64,000 nucleotides of DNA from Naegleria gruberi. Its lineage: Eukaryota. The notes below the pieces were generated by a model that did not search any database, was not told where the DNA came from, and saw only the letters and a list, made by a program, of their open reading frames with translations. Below, one piece after another: positions 23,147 through 34,686 of the stretch. The stretch is taken from assembly GCA_000004985.1 (NCBI GenBank), contig GG738901.1, one strand, 5' to 3'. How positions within the stretch are numbered: the stretch's first letter is position 1; each line of letters opens with the position of its first letter. The translations under genes were made by a program, and so were the position numbers.

Positions 23147-24157
23147 ATGAAACAACTTGTCTTGGCTATTTTCCTCTTGTTTTTCCTTGCTTTATTAACA
23201 ACAATGGAAGGAAAATCAATGAAAAACAACATGAATAATCGACCAGTGATTGGAATTTTAGCACAACCTACACTTACCGGAAAGATATCAATTTATGGAA
23301 AGTATTATATTGATGCAGCCTATGTAAAGTTTGTAGAGAGTTCGGGTGCTCGAGTTGTTCCTCTGAGGTTTGATTTACCTCGTGATGAGATGAGAAGTTA
23401 TTTTGATCAGTTGAATGGAATTTTGTTTGCTGGAGGTGGAGTTGATTTGGTGGAGAAGAATGGAGATTTGACTCCCTATATGAAATCACAACAAATGTTG
23501 GTAAATTGGGCTATTGAAGCCTATGAGAAGAATGGTGATTATATGCCAATGTGGGGAACTTGTTTGGGATTTCAGGGATTGGCTATTGCTTTGGCTAATG
23601 ATAGCTCTGTAATGCAAAGTGGATTTGATTCAGAGAATATGGCCATTCCATTGGATTTTACAATGCCAGAGTCAAAAATTATAGAATCAACAAGATTATT
23701 CAATCCTAAAGAGGTGGACTCTGTTCAAATGAGGGATATTGTCTATTTGTTAGGAAATAAGAATGTTACTTTCAATGCTCACCATGATGGTATTCCAATA
23801 GATAGATGGATCAGTAATTCAAATTTAAACAAACAAGTAAGACTCATATCAACAAATCTCGATAGAAATGGAAGGAAATATGCTAGTCTTTTGGAACATT
23901 CCAAATACCCAATTTATGGAAGTCAATTCCATCCTGAAAAGAGCATGTTTGAGTGGAATCCAAATGAAGTCATTAATCACTCTTTAGAAAGCGTTAAGGT
24001 CAATTCATATTTTGGAAAATTCTTTATTAATGAATGCAGAAAGAACTCTCACACCTTCAAATCTGAACAATTTTTAGAAAAGTCTCTCATTTACCAATTC
24101 ACCCCAGTTTACACTTATCCACTCGTAAATGATTTTGAGCAATGCTACTTTGTATAA
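23147..24157 (+). CDS. Gamma-glutamyl hydrolase (peptidase C26, class I glutamine amidotransferase-like), secreted (336 aa)
   Basis: Signal peptide MKQLVLAIFLLFFLALLTT. Near-colinear match to GGH (RPVIGILAQP, YIDAAYVKFVESSGARVVPL, NGILFAGGG, catalytic MWGTCLGFQGLAI, YPIYGSQFHPEK, ALIYQFTPVYT). Confidence 0.9.
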   Translation: MKQLVLAIFLLFFLALLTTMEGKSMKNNMNNRPVIGILAQPTLTGKISIYGKYYIDAAYVKFVESSGARVVPLRFDLPRDEMRSYFDQLNGILFAGGGVDLVEKNGDLTPYMKSQQMLVNWAIEAYEKNGDYMPMWGTCLGFQGLAIALANDSSVMQSGFDSENMAIPLDFTMPESKIIESTRLFNPKEVDSVQMRDIVYLLGNKNVTFNAHHDGIPIDRWISNSNLNKQVRLISTNLDRNGRKYASLLEHSKYPIYGSQFHPEKSMFEWNPNEVINHSLESVKVNSYFGKFFINECRKNSHTFKSEQFLEKSLIYQFTPVYTYPLVNDFEQCYFV

Positions 24158-24219
24158 TATTTATTAACAAGTTATTATTTATTTGAAATATGTTAGTGAG
24201 AGTTGTTGTTGGACCTGTT

Positions 24220-25812
24220 TCAAAATTGGTTTAATATCTCAAAATCTATTTGAAGATTTGACGAGTTATTGTTAGTGGAATTCTCCCATTCTTTCATGAC
24301 CTCGTGTGGATTGATAGGCCTTAAAGGCAAAAATTGATCATCGTCGTTTCTTTCATGATCATCATTCCCTGAAAGGAAGAAGTTATCCATGTCTGTAATT
24401 AATGATTGATCTTGTTCTTTATCTTCTTCCTTATAAAAGAATGATAGAGGTGAAGATGGAGCATTGGATTGTGGGGGAGGATTATTATTTACATTATCAA
24501 ATGAAAGATCACCGACGTCTTCATTGAGAAGAGAATCAAGCATGTCATCAAAATCAGATTGGCCATTCATATTATTATTATTGGCAGATTGTTGAGGAGT
24601 ATTGTTAGGATAGGAGGTTGACATTTGTTGAAATACTCCTGGCTCTGAATTCTGGGCAAAGATACTATTAAAGAGAGCTTGTTGATGAAATTCTTGAAGT
24701 TCTGGAGTACTTTGGGCCATAATGCCATTTTGATGGGCTGTTCTATTGTACAATAATTGTTGATTGGCATCAGGGTTCAATACTGTATGTCCACTCGTAT
24801 TCATATTAACAGGTTGATTACTGTACAATGCATTTCCAATACCCATCAAGAATTTCTGATTCTCCACACTCATATCTGTCTCACTATATGAAAGACTGAA
24901 CTTTTTGTTACCGACTTCTTGAAGTTGCTGATTGGGTTGAATATTGATATTATTCTGACTCAAAGCTGCAGCCAATGAATGACGATCCAAATTGAGCATG
25001 GAATTCTTCTTTGAAAAGCTGGGAGATTTTTCAATACCTCTTCTAGGAGACATATTTGGTGGAATTCCATTTGGACCCATTCCATTCATCATTGATTGAG
25101 CATGTAGTGAATTGGAATCACTCAAATCTAAATTATTCTTTGAACAACCAGCTTTTGGTTTCTTCTTCATTTCCAGTTCAAAGTAGTTTGCCTTGAAATT
25201 TCCCAAACCAGAGTGTTTCTTCATTCTCAAACTTGTGGTATTGTGAAGAGTGGAGGCTGAATTGTGCTTTTTCAGAGAGGGTGGACTCTTCAAGTGAGAT
25301 AAAAGAGGAGAATTAAGATTCGAATAATTATTAGGTGGAGTAGAGTAATGACTATTCATCTTGCTATTCCTTGTTGGAGTAGATGGTGCATTTAAATCAA
25401 AAGTTGGAATAGTACCTCTATTGAGAACGTCAGCTGTTGTCTCATTAATGAACATTAATGTGTTTGATGGTGGAGCTTGATTGACTTGTGAATGATGAGA
25501 ACCACTGCCACTGCCACTACTATGACCTACACTACTATGATTACTAGAATGTCCGTTAGAAGATTGAGAAATTGGAGAAACAACCTGTTGCTGCTGTTGT
25601 TGCTGTTGCTGTTGCTGTTGTTGATATAAATTATTAATGTCTTGTTGATTGAGTAAGGAATTATAGAGTTGAGCTTGAGACGAAAGTTGTTGTTGTTGTT
25701 GTTGCATTAGCATATTTTGAAATCCTTGAGGATTAGTTTGAGGAGAAAGTGCTGCACCTCGGCTTGATGCATTTAAAACTTGCAAAATGTTTGTCGAGTT
25801 TGATGCCATCAT
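24220..25812 (-). CDS. Gln/Asn-rich low-complexity protein with poly-Q13 tract (about 530 aa from first ATG)
   Basis: The ORF continues up to 26286 without an ATG; I treat that as 5' UTR read-through. Tandem ATG ATG at 25812..25807 (MMASNSTNILQVLN). Poly-Q, S/N/P-rich. Acidic conserved-looking C-terminus (DMDNFFLSGNDDHERNDDDQFLPLRPINPHEVMKEWEN). Confidence 0.5.
   Translation of the reverse strand: MMASNSTNILQVLNASSRGAALSPQTNPQGFQNMLMQQQQQQLSSQAQLYNSLLNQQDINNLYQQQQQQQQQQQQQVVSPISQSSNGHSSNHSSVGHSSGSGSGSHHSQVNQAPPSNTLMFINETTADVLNRGTIPTFDLNAPSTPTRNSKMNSHYSTPPNNYSNLNSPLLSHLKSPPSLKKHNSASTLHNTTSLRMKKHSGLGNFKANYFELEMKKKPKAGCSKNNLDLSDSNSLHAQSMMNGMGPNGIPPNMSPRRGIEKSPSFSKKNSMLNLDRHSLAAALSQNNINIQPNQQLQEVGNKKFSLSYSETDMSVENQKFLMGIGNALYSNQPVNMNTSGHTVLNPDANQQLLYNRTAHQNGIMAQSTPELQEFHQQALFNSIFAQNSEPGVFQQMSTSYPNNTPQQSANNNNMNGQSDFDDMLDSLLNEDVGDLSFDNVNNNPPPQSNAPSSPLSFFYKEEDKEQDQSLITDMDNFFLSGNDDHERNDDDQFLPLRPINPHEVMKEWENSTNNNSSNLQIDFEILNQF
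25575..25613 (-). repeat. (CAR)13 trinucleotide repeat encoding poly-Gln within the CDS
   Basis: Plus strand ctgttgctgctgttgttgctgttgctgttgctgttgttg = 13 consecutive CAA/CAG codons on the minus strand. Confidence 0.8.
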
Positions 25813-26535
25813 GGATGTTTGGCAGATATTTTTACAGTTAGGAAAATTAATTGTTGCGTGATGGAGGTTCGAATATTTGGAGGACCTCAGTAGGGAAAGT
25901 AAACTAGGAAACCGTAGACTAATTAATCTATTTTTAGAGATTCGAATTGTTGAAAAAGTTCCTATTCGAAAGTGATTGTTTTTCGAGTTCAATATTATGC
26001 TCTCGTAAATAATTGATAAAGAGAAAATTGTTTGCCTTTGTTTTTCAAATAACAGATGTAGAGACCTTTTTTTTAACTCACCAATTCTATCTCTGTTACA
26101 AAATCGTGGTTGGTGAGAGGACAAAACGAGAGGTAAAATTTTGGTGTTGACTGAAGTTGAGATATCAAACATTTTGCCTACCAACAAACAATTCGGAAGA
26201 GGACTCGATATTTGATATTGTGCATAGGTAAAGATTGTTTGAGGTGTTGTGATGGACTGGAAAAAGGCGCCAAAAAAAAACCTCAACTAGAGTCAAGAGT
26301 ATTAGCTGAGAGATGATAATTTAAATTTGGGGGCCTTGTTGAGGGTGAAGAGATTAATATAGGAGAGATTGCATATTTTGAGTAATATAATAATTAAATG
26401 TTAATTATTATGATATTCTTATTTCCAATATGAAAGAAAAGTTCATTAAAGAATTAAATAATCAAATGATATGGAATTCATTGGTTTATTCATTCTCATT
26501 GGAATAAATTCCTTTCTCAGAAGACGAAGAAAAAA

Positions 26536-28623
26536 ATGGCAGATTTCGAACTGGAGATTGGTGAACCTGTCCATGACGTGGCTGAGCTCATTGCATGGAT
26601 AGATGCGTGTGATCTCATCAATGATGATGAAGAGGAATCAACAAATGCTCCGAACGATCATTTACAGCACTCATCAAGTGTTCAAAATTATGATTTTCTC
26701 TTGATTGGCTCGAAAGCATTGAAGAGTCATTGGCAAGAATTAAATAATTCAACAATGATGGTGATGAAGGAATCTTTGGCCAAACATTCTGGATTTGGAA
26801 AGAAAATTATCAAGAATCATGTTGATCACCGTTTTGAGAAGGACTCGGATTGGGATTTAGTTTGTCTGAATAAGAAAGCACTGATGGAATTCTTGAAGAA
26901 TGAAGAGATTGAGGAGATTTGTGTTAATTATATTGTACAATTGGAGGATTTTGAAGTGAGTGAGAATGATTATTGTGAATGGATGAACATTGGTGGTCAA
27001 CCAACGAGATGGAAAGAGTTTTCGCTTCGTTTAGAAATGAAGAATGGATTAATTATTGAGATTGAATACTGCACTCATCAATATCACCTGTTAAAGTATT
27101 TGAATTCAAAGAAGATTAATAATGTGAAAGTTCCATTCATGAATGAGTTCAATTGTGCTCTTGCTCCTCTCGAATTGTTGGAAATTATCAAAAGATCTCA
27201 TTTATTCTTTAATATTCTTAACGATTCCTGGTTGAAGCACTTTCTTGATATAGAAATGATTCATTTGATTCAAAAAGTATCGGAAACTCACGATGTCTTA
27301 TACTTGGGCACAGCTTTTGAAGATAACGAGCTCATTTGGTTAGTTTATTACGACAGGCTTACAAAACGAATTGTAAAAATGGCTCAAGATGAACAGGATT
27401 CGTATGATAATTATATTGACATATACTGTTTCAATATAAGGGAGGAAGAGATCCGTCATGTTGCTCGTGATGGTTATTCAGAAAGTTTATTTTCTGTTTT
27501 TGGAGTGAATGAAATTCAATTAAATCCATCATTTTTGGGAGACAGCTCCCAATCTATTGAGTACATGTCTCAAGCTATAGCTGGAAACATTCTCAAAACA
27601 AGTATATTCCGTGTGGTCAACTCTGAAGAATTGGAAAAGTTGATCCTCAAATCAATGCAAAAAGCACTTGATTATAATTACAAGACCTATCTGTTTATGA
27701 TTATTATTGAAGTGTATTGGAAGATTTCTGAGAGAATATTTGACATGCTCCATCAACCCGAAAGACTTGAAGCATTATTTAACACTAAGACTGAAATGTT
27801 AGAATTTAAATTCAAGAATTATCCAATTGATTTGGAGAAGGATGATGTGAAGGATATTTCACATCTGAATGGTCTCTATATTTGCAGTCATTACTTGCCA
27901 ATTCATTTAATTATGAATATCATATCATATTCCCATTCAGCTAGTGATATTATCCATCTTACTCAATTGGACAAGAGTTGGAATCAAATTTTTGAAATTC
28001 AGGATGTCTGGAAGTATTTGTATTTCAGCAGATATCCTACTCCATCCCAATACTATTCTGTGAAATCTACTTTCCAAGCAAAGAGTTGGAAATTGCAAGT
28101 CCTAGCCAGATCCAAATTGAATAGAATTCCACTACTGTCCAGTCAAGGATGTAAGGGACTTGCCGAAGTATTCAAGAGCAAGTTTATTGGAAAATCAGAA
28201 GCTTTCAAACAATTCATTTCTGATTTTTATGCAAACACTTACATTGTGAGCAAGAAGGAAGTTAATAATTCTTCTGATGAATCCAAAACCTTAAAAGCAA
28301 CTTTAATGATTTTCTGGCCAAGACAAGCTCCACTCCAGGTTGACTTGGAAGTTTATCTTGATTATGCTGAGTACAGATCTGGAGATAGTAAAGGAGGTTT
28401 CGGTAGCAGAGAGAAGGTCACAGTTAGATACTTGGGAGGAAAGAGCTCATATTATTCAAATCAACCTTTAATTCTCAGGTCAATCACCAACCCTGAAGAC
28501 TTTATTGGAAGGTACTATCTTTCAATATTGAGTCAACAACAATATGCTTCTCTATTTTCAACTTTGGCAGTTTTAGGATTTGGAAAGAATTGGACAAGTG
28601 AAGTGTTGGGTTATTCGTGGTAG
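26536..28623 (+). CDS. Hypothetical 695-aa protein with C-terminal F-box-like motif
   Basis: ATG at 26536, acidic N-terminus. LPIHLIMNIISYSHSASDIIHLTQLDKSWNQIFEIQDVWKY fits the F-box pattern (LP..l...I......dl..l..v.k.W..l.....W). Confidence 0.5.
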   Translation: MADFELEIGEPVHDVAELIAWIDACDLINDDEEESTNAPNDHLQHSSSVQNYDFLLIGSKALKSHWQELNNSTMMVMKESLAKHSGFGKKIIKNHVDHRFEKDSDWDLVCLNKKALMEFLKNEEIEEICVNYIVQLEDFEVSENDYCEWMNIGGQPTRWKEFSLRLEMKNGLIIEIEYCTHQYHLLKYLNSKKINNVKVPFMNEFNCALAPLELLEIIKRSHLFFNILNDSWLKHFLDIEMIHLIQKVSETHDVLYLGTAFEDNELIWLVYYDRLTKRIVKMAQDEQDSYDNYIDIYCFNIREEEIRHVARDGYSESLFSVFGVNEIQLNPSFLGDSSQSIEYMSQAIAGNILKTSIFRVVNSEELEKLILKSMQKALDYNYKTYLFMIIIEVYWKISERIFDMLHQPERLEALFNTKTEMLEFKFKNYPIDLEKDDVKDISHLNGLYICSHYLPIHLIMNIISYSHSASDIIHLTQLDKSWNQIFEIQDVWKYLYFSRYPTPSQYYSVKSTFQAKSWKLQVLARSKLNRIPLLSSQGCKGLAEVFKSKFIGKSEAFKQFISDFYANTYIVSKKEVNNSSDESKTLKATLMIFWPRQAPLQVDLEVYLDYAEYRSGDSKGGFGSREKVTVRYLGGKSSYYSNQPLILRSITNPEDFIGRYYLSILSQQQYASLFSTLAVLGFGKNWTSEVLGYSW

Positions 28624-28643
28624 ATTAATTTTCAAAATATTAT

Positions 28644-30346
28644 TTAATTAAATTCATCATTCAATTCGTTATCATCATACCCATCTTCTTCCTTTGGCAA
28701 ATTCAAAGTCTTAAAGTTAATTCCTGACAGATTTTGAGATGCTGATGATACTTGTAATTGTCCTTCCAACCCTATATCTGGGAGAACTGTTTCCAATGCT
28801 TGCTGATTACTAAGGAGGCATGTGTCGAAAGCATCTTGCTTTTCCTTGAAAATGACCTTGTGTTGAGCAAGTGAATCCAAGAATTGAAGTGGAGGAGTCA
28901 TTGTTTGTTGGTATTGAATAAAATTGTTCATCCATTCCATCTCTTCAATTCTTCTTCTCATTTCAGTTTCTCTTGAGAGTAACTCACTCATCTTTAATTG
29001 TGAAATGTCGTGCAAGGACACCAATGCACGCTTGTATTGTTCTTTGAGTTGAGTTTCCATTTCAACAACATTGGAGACAATCATTTGTCTTCTTTCCTCA
29101 ATAGCAGCCAATTCTTGATCTGCTTGCTTGAATTGCTGCATTTGTGTGAACACTTCAGGAAGAAGAATGGTCTCATCGGTGGGAGGATTCATGGTTTGTT
29201 CTACAAAGTTCAAAGCCTTTCTGTAGGCCTTTCCAATAATCTTGTCACTTGTTTTGAAAAAGTCACGATAATGTTGAAGAGTTTGATTTCTCAATCTCTC
29301 ATCGCCCATATTGTCAAACTCAACAATACAAACAAAATCGCAAAAGATGTGAGCTGGATTGAGCATTATAAATTCGTGATGGAATTCTGGATCTTGTTCC
29401 TCTACATTTTGAAAGATTGATATTTAAACATATGATAACCTTACAATAACCTACCAGGTTGATAATAAACACTGTCATAACCTTGTGGAATTGAAACAGG
29501 TCCAGTAGTTTTTTTTTCAATACAGAACGATTTTCCTGGATAGAACAAACAGTGCATGAGACGATAGAATTTTTGACGAGATCCTGAACTTTCTTCGTAA
29601 TTGGCTCTAGAGTGCTCTTGAGGTGGTATAAGAGAGGTGCTGAATTGTTGGGTTTCTGGACTCAAGTTAACTCGTCCAACAGATAGTTTGATACCAGCTT
29701 CTGGAACATTGAAACCGTCACAAACAATATTTTCCAAAGTATTCTGAGATCCAATAGCTTCCAAATCGTTCAGGTTAATCCAAACATCCATCAAACCACC
29801 GTCTCCAATTGTAGATCTAAACTGATGATATTCAGAAGACTCCTTCAAACTGTAAATTCTAAAAGCAGTACTTGAAACAGAACCAACAGCCAATCTCAAT
29901 GAATATTCCAAATAGTTATAGAATGGATCTTGTCTTGGTATTTGCTTTGTTTTCATATTGAGAATTTGAAGCTTTTCATTGTTGTACATTGGTAAATCTT
30001 CAGTATTGTCCTCACTCGAATTCATTCTAGGAGAACCGTAGTGTGCTTGTTGATTCATCATGAGCTGCTGTTGTTGAGGTGGAAACTGTCTGTACATGAG
30101 ATTGTTGTGGTGTGGAAAAACCTGTGGTTGTTGATTCATCATTTGTTGATGTTCATTATACAGATTTCTTCTAAAGCTTGCTGCTGGCTGATAACCTCCA
30201 CTTCCCCCACCTGGATAACCAAGGGAATTAGAACCACCTCCCATACTACTTCCTCCATAGCCATTATTATGATTATTATTATAAGTATTATATTGATGCA
30301 TCATCGATGATGATGAGGGCATGCCCGACGATGAGGTATTGTACAT
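28644..30346 (-). CDS. Hypothetical Q/N/G-rich protein with C-terminal coiled-coil; 2 exons join(30346..29455,29401..28644)
   Basis: ORFs 29441..30412 and 28644..29366 are joined by a 53-nt intron GTAGGT...TGTAG (phase 1, codon G|AG). Giving ..YYQP-E-EQDPEFHHEFIMLNPAHIF.. ORF-track start 30412 is TTG; first ATG is 30346 (MYNTSSSGMPSSSSMMHQYN). No domain recognised. Confidence 0.5.
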
Positions 30347-30761
30347 TTTTTTAATGTAAAAAAACAGCCTTAATTCTTTTTTAACGGTTTTATTTTTTTG
30401 GCGGGCCAACAAGAGCCTCTCTTAAAAGATTCTTCTCATTCCTCCATGAAAACGAAAATCATAATCTGATAATGAAGAAAGTTTGTGAATATATTATTAA
30501 TAAGCTTTTGTTGAAAAATAGTAATTGATAACAAATAATGCGGAACACCAAACCAAGACAATTTTTGAAAATATTTTCCAATTAAAAAAATTTCAATTAC
30601 TGCGCGCTTTTTTTTCTTCTCTTCGTTCAACTAGAAATTTTCCATCTTCAATTACCAGAAGCAGATAACTTGTTAGCAATTCAGATTAAAGTTGCAACAC
30701 AAGAACAAGAACACATTGCGGAAGAATATAGAGAGAGAATTTATTTGCATAAAACTCCAAT

Positions 30762-33320
30762 ATGTATTCACATAGTAGTAGCAATAATAATAACAATGTT
30801 AATGGGGGTGGTAGTTTGTTTTCTCCGAATAGTGTAGCATCATCAACACCTACAACACCATCTTCTCCTTCCATCATGATGAGTCCACCACCATCATCAT
30901 CACATCATCAACAACACCATCAGCATCACCATAATCATCATCATCTTCACCATTCAACTCTTCCACCATTAAATTCATTTCATAATTATACTGCTGGAGT
31001 GATGCAACATTTTGATGGTTTTCATGGAGGTTCTGCAACCTCTCCTTATGGTTCTCCTTCGTTCTCTCTACCTACAACACCTACATCAAACTATGGCCTT
31101 GGAAATGGTCAATCATCGGTAGGCATTGCATCACCTCTTCCAAATGTATTGCATTCGCCTTCTTCAGTGGGGACATCTCCACAACTCAACAATGGATCGA
31201 ATGTCATGGTCAACAAACCATCAACTTCAGCCTTTGGTAAAGTTTCTACAGCTCCAACCCCTAGTGAAATTGTACCAAATTTTGTCATTGACCAAGTGAG
31301 TAAAATTACGAATAGAGATGAATATGAACCAATCAGTCACGAGAATTTAATGTCAATAAGAAAGAGCAAGATTATTTCACCAAATAATGATATTTCTAAA
31401 AGTAAGAATCAATCTACTTCAGAGGATGAGGACTATGATGATGATGGATCAGATTCTGCACAAAAAACAAAATCCGATAAGAAGAAGTACCACCCTATTG
31501 CCTGTGTGCAGTGCAGGTCTTTACACAAAAAGGTTTGTTTAGTTTCGAATAATGCATTCTAACTCGGAAAAGTGTGACAAGAAATTACCTTCATGCTCAA
31601 AATGTATTTCTAGAGGTGTGGAATGTACAGTATGTAGTTATATTGTTTTGGATTTATTGGAATTTCTAATCAATTGATAATAGTATAATACCCCAAGAAA
31701 GAGAGGAAAAGTCTCTAGAAAGGACACTGATAAAACTGATGTAAATAATGTTAATAACAATACTAATAATAACATGAATGGAAACTCATCCATGAACCAA
31801 TCAGGTATTCCACCTTTTGTGAGGACTGAAAAACCAAATAACCATCTTCCTCCACCATCAGTGATTGATTCATACTTTGCAGTTTTATGTGGTGGCCATC
31901 CAGCCATTGAAAAGAAAAAGCTAGAATATACTGTTCAAAATAATTACTCCTATATTAATGCACTCCTAGTGACGAATGACTACAATGTGAGGTTACCAAT
32001 ACCTGAAGGAGAAAATGCAGAGACAACATTTATTCTTGCCTTTTATTTATCCATTCAAGCTCTGTATGTTTTTTGATAATAATTTTAACAATGTTCAAAC
32101 AATTTTAATTCAGATGTGAACAGCGATATGGGTTGTTGGATCTTGCTGAAGAATCCCACAAGCATGCGGAGAAGGAAGTTGCCAGATTGATAGACCACTT
32201 TACAAACTTTTACATGGTTGCTTGTTATATCAATATGGCACTGTATGAATCAGGTGGTGGAAATTACAAAAAGGCAAGATTTTACTTGAACAATGTGAAT
32301 TTTTACTTTGAGGATGAGGAGAATATGAATAAGGATTTCAACTTTTACGAGCAAAATTTGAAAAAGTTTAGAGTATTTGTTGTTGGATCATGCCATTCGG
32401 ATATTGATAATATTGGATCGTTGGGCACGTTTGTGGAAATGATGCCTCGAATGTTTAAACTGGCTTCTGGAGGACAAGATATGCAACTTCCTCCAGAATG
32501 TTGGCAAGTTTTCAATTCTAGGAACGTCACCCCCGATAATTACATGCTTTTCATGCAAATTATGGATATGGTGTCTAAAGCATTCGAAAAATATAGAGCT
32601 ATCCTTTATGGTATGGCAACGGATTGTCACTCTCCAACATTCTTCAGATTCCAAGATTTACAAAGGGCCTTCATTAACAATGGTATTAGATTTTTACTAT
32701 TGGAGAAGGTTGTCAATGTGGCCTCAAACTTTGCTGAAGAAACCGCTCTGAAAATTACACTTCTCACAGAACATGACCTGTTCCCGTAAGTATTTCACTT
32801 TTACAATCTAATAATCCTCCGAAAATGAAGATATTGTGGACTTGGAGTCATTCTAGGAATAATTAATACTTGTAAATTTCATTTAAACATTGTGAAACAA
32901 ATAGAGAGTGGAATGCGACCAACACATTCAACAATCATTTCATCAGCAACTAATAAGGCAATAACAGTTGACTACTTTTCCATTTTACAGAAGGATTTAA
33001 GAGCATTACAAGTACTTGCAAAGAGATATAAGAGACTAACCCTCTACCACTCTCAAATGATGGATGAAATGGAACAAATCATTAGAAGAAAGCACAATGT
33101 CGATCCATTCCACACAGCTCTTCAAATCCAAACACTCTCCAATATGGCACCACCAGTACAGACAGGAACAGGCACTGATAACCCTAATGATGTTCTCCTA
33201 TCAACCATATTGGGCTATTTGAAGAAGGCAATCGAGAGTAATCAAAATCCACCTCCTTTCGCAGCAAACATGAGTCCTGTAAATGAAACACGTGCTGATT
33301 TTGGTTTTCCATGGGAATAA
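30762..33320 (+). CDS. Transcription factor with fungal-type Zn2Cys6 binuclear cluster and fungal_trans-like middle region; 5 exons join(30762..31532,31573..31629,31684..32063,32114..32785,32831..33320)
   Basis: Exon 1 ends ..IACVQCRSLHKK. 40-nt intron GTTTGT..AAAAG. Exon 2 is CDKKLPSCSKCISRGVECT, completing C-x2-C-x6-C-x6-C-x2-C-x6-C. 54-nt intron GTATGT..AATAG. Exon 3 starts YNTPRKRGKVSRK (basic linker). Further introns are GTATGT..TTCAG (50 nt) and GTAAGT..GAAG (45 nt, weak acceptor). All exon phases match ORFs 30762..31562, 31774..32076, 32133..32789, 32892..33320. Poly-H/Q/N N-terminus. Confidence 0.7.
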
Positions 33321-33476
33321 TGACCTCTCACCCTCAATAAATCCGTGATCAACATGGCTATGTTGTAATGACTACAGTATGGAACATCATGTTGAACATG
33401 TGAAACTGTTCCATCTAGTTCCACAACCAGCAAGATTATCTCTACAGCTCACACAACTTTTACCACATCAAAAAAA

Positions 33477-34499
33477 ATGTCATCCTCATCAGCATCTTCC
33501 GAATCAAAGTTTGCAATTCTAGTCATTGACAGTGAACAAAACAATTGGGATTTGCTCTTCTCCGAGAATAATCTTCTCACCAAATATAATTTAGAAATTG
33601 AACAAACCACGTGGGAGAATATTGCCTCTGTCACCTCCTTCAATGATGGAAATAATAAGAAGAGAGCATGTGAAATATCGTTGAGACCTTGGAAAACAAC
33701 TTGTACATTCAATGATCGTAGGAATAGACAACGAATTTTCCATGCTAATTTTGTATTGGTTAGGAAATTAGTTCAGGGATTGAAAATTGATCAACATAAT
33801 TATGTCAATCACTTGTTGGGAATGATGCATTGTAATTTGCCTTCTATCAATTCATTGCATTCAATTTATTTGAATTTACAAAGACCATTCATTCATGGAA
33901 TTTTATCTGGAATTAGAGATGAGAAGGGAGCTGATAAATTCCCTCTCATTGATCAATATTATCATGGTGAACCAAATTCCATTCTTTTCACACCTTCATC
34001 CTCTGATAAGGTTGTCATTAAAGTTGGAAGTGCAGAAGCTGGATTTGGAAAAGTACTCTTGGATAACAATAATGGAACATTACGTGATTTTGGAGGATGC
34101 ATTACGAGATATAATGATTTTTTCACAAGTGAACCTTTTATTGCCAATAGAAAGTGTGATATCAGATTGCAAAAGATTGGAAAGAATATTAGAGTTTATG
34201 AAAGAGTGAGTTCTAATTGGAAAGGCAATGTTGGAAATTCAATTCTTAAAGAAGTGGAAGTGAAAAAGCATTATAAGGAGTGGATTAAATGGGTTGATGA
34301 AGCTGTCAAGTCCAAAATGGGAAGTCCAATGGAAATTTTCACACTCGATGCCATTCAAGTTGAACCAGAACCTGGCAAGTTTGTAGAATATATTTTGGAG
34401 ATCAATGATTGTGCCAGTGGTCTAGCTCCAGATAATTTACAGGAGGATATTAGAAATATTAGAGATTTGGTAATTTCAAAAATTAGTGATCTCGTTTAA
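33477..34499 (+). CDS. Synapsin-domain (ATP-grasp) protein (340 aa)
   Basis: Colinear similarity to the synapsin C domain (FVLVRK..; LPSINSLHSIYLNLQRPFIHG; KFPLIDQYYHGEPNSI; DKVVIKVGSAEAGFGKVLLDNNNGTLRD; SEPFIANRKCDIRLQKIGKNIRVYER; NWKGNVGNSIL; EYILEINDCASGL). Confidence 0.8.
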   Translation: MSSSSASSESKFAILVIDSEQNNWDLLFSENNLLTKYNLEIEQTTWENIASVTSFNDGNNKKRACEISLRPWKTTCTFNDRRNRQRIFHANFVLVRKLVQGLKIDQHNYVNHLLGMMHCNLPSINSLHSIYLNLQRPFIHGILSGIRDEKGADKFPLIDQYYHGEPNSILFTPSSSDKVVIKVGSAEAGFGKVLLDNNNGTLRDFGGCITRYNDFFTSEPFIANRKCDIRLQKIGKNIRVYERVSSNWKGNVGNSILKEVEVKKHYKEWIKWVDEAVKSKMGSPMEIFTLDAIQVEPEPGKFVEYILEINDCASGLAPDNLQEDIRNIRDLVISKISDLV

Positions 34500-34686
34500 C
34501 TTTGATTTAAGCATTGAAATCTATAGATCACAATCTGGATAACAGACAATATCATGATATTGAAATGTAAATAAATTGTTGTTTTGTATTGTTTATAAAT
34601 TGTCAATATTATTCAAAATATTGGCTGCAAAATAATAATAATTGAAAATAATAAAATTGAATCATCAGCTTCAAATATTCCAATTA

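Noticed and set aside
24220-26286. Full 688-aa ORF including MRFFFGAFFQSITTPQ.. as the protein
   Set aside because: The upstream 158 codons start at a non-ATG codon, look like random UTR translation, and precede a tandem ATG ATG with better context. Start moved to 25812.
30347-30412. N-terminal extension MLARQKNKTVKKELRLFFYIKK of the 28644..30412 gene; likewise 17255..17290, 21502..21591, 44421..44444, 49956..50051
   Set aside because: These extensions begin at TTG/GTG codons in the ORF track and cross AT-rich promoter-like sequence. The first ATG gives a sensible N-terminus, a signal peptide in three cases.
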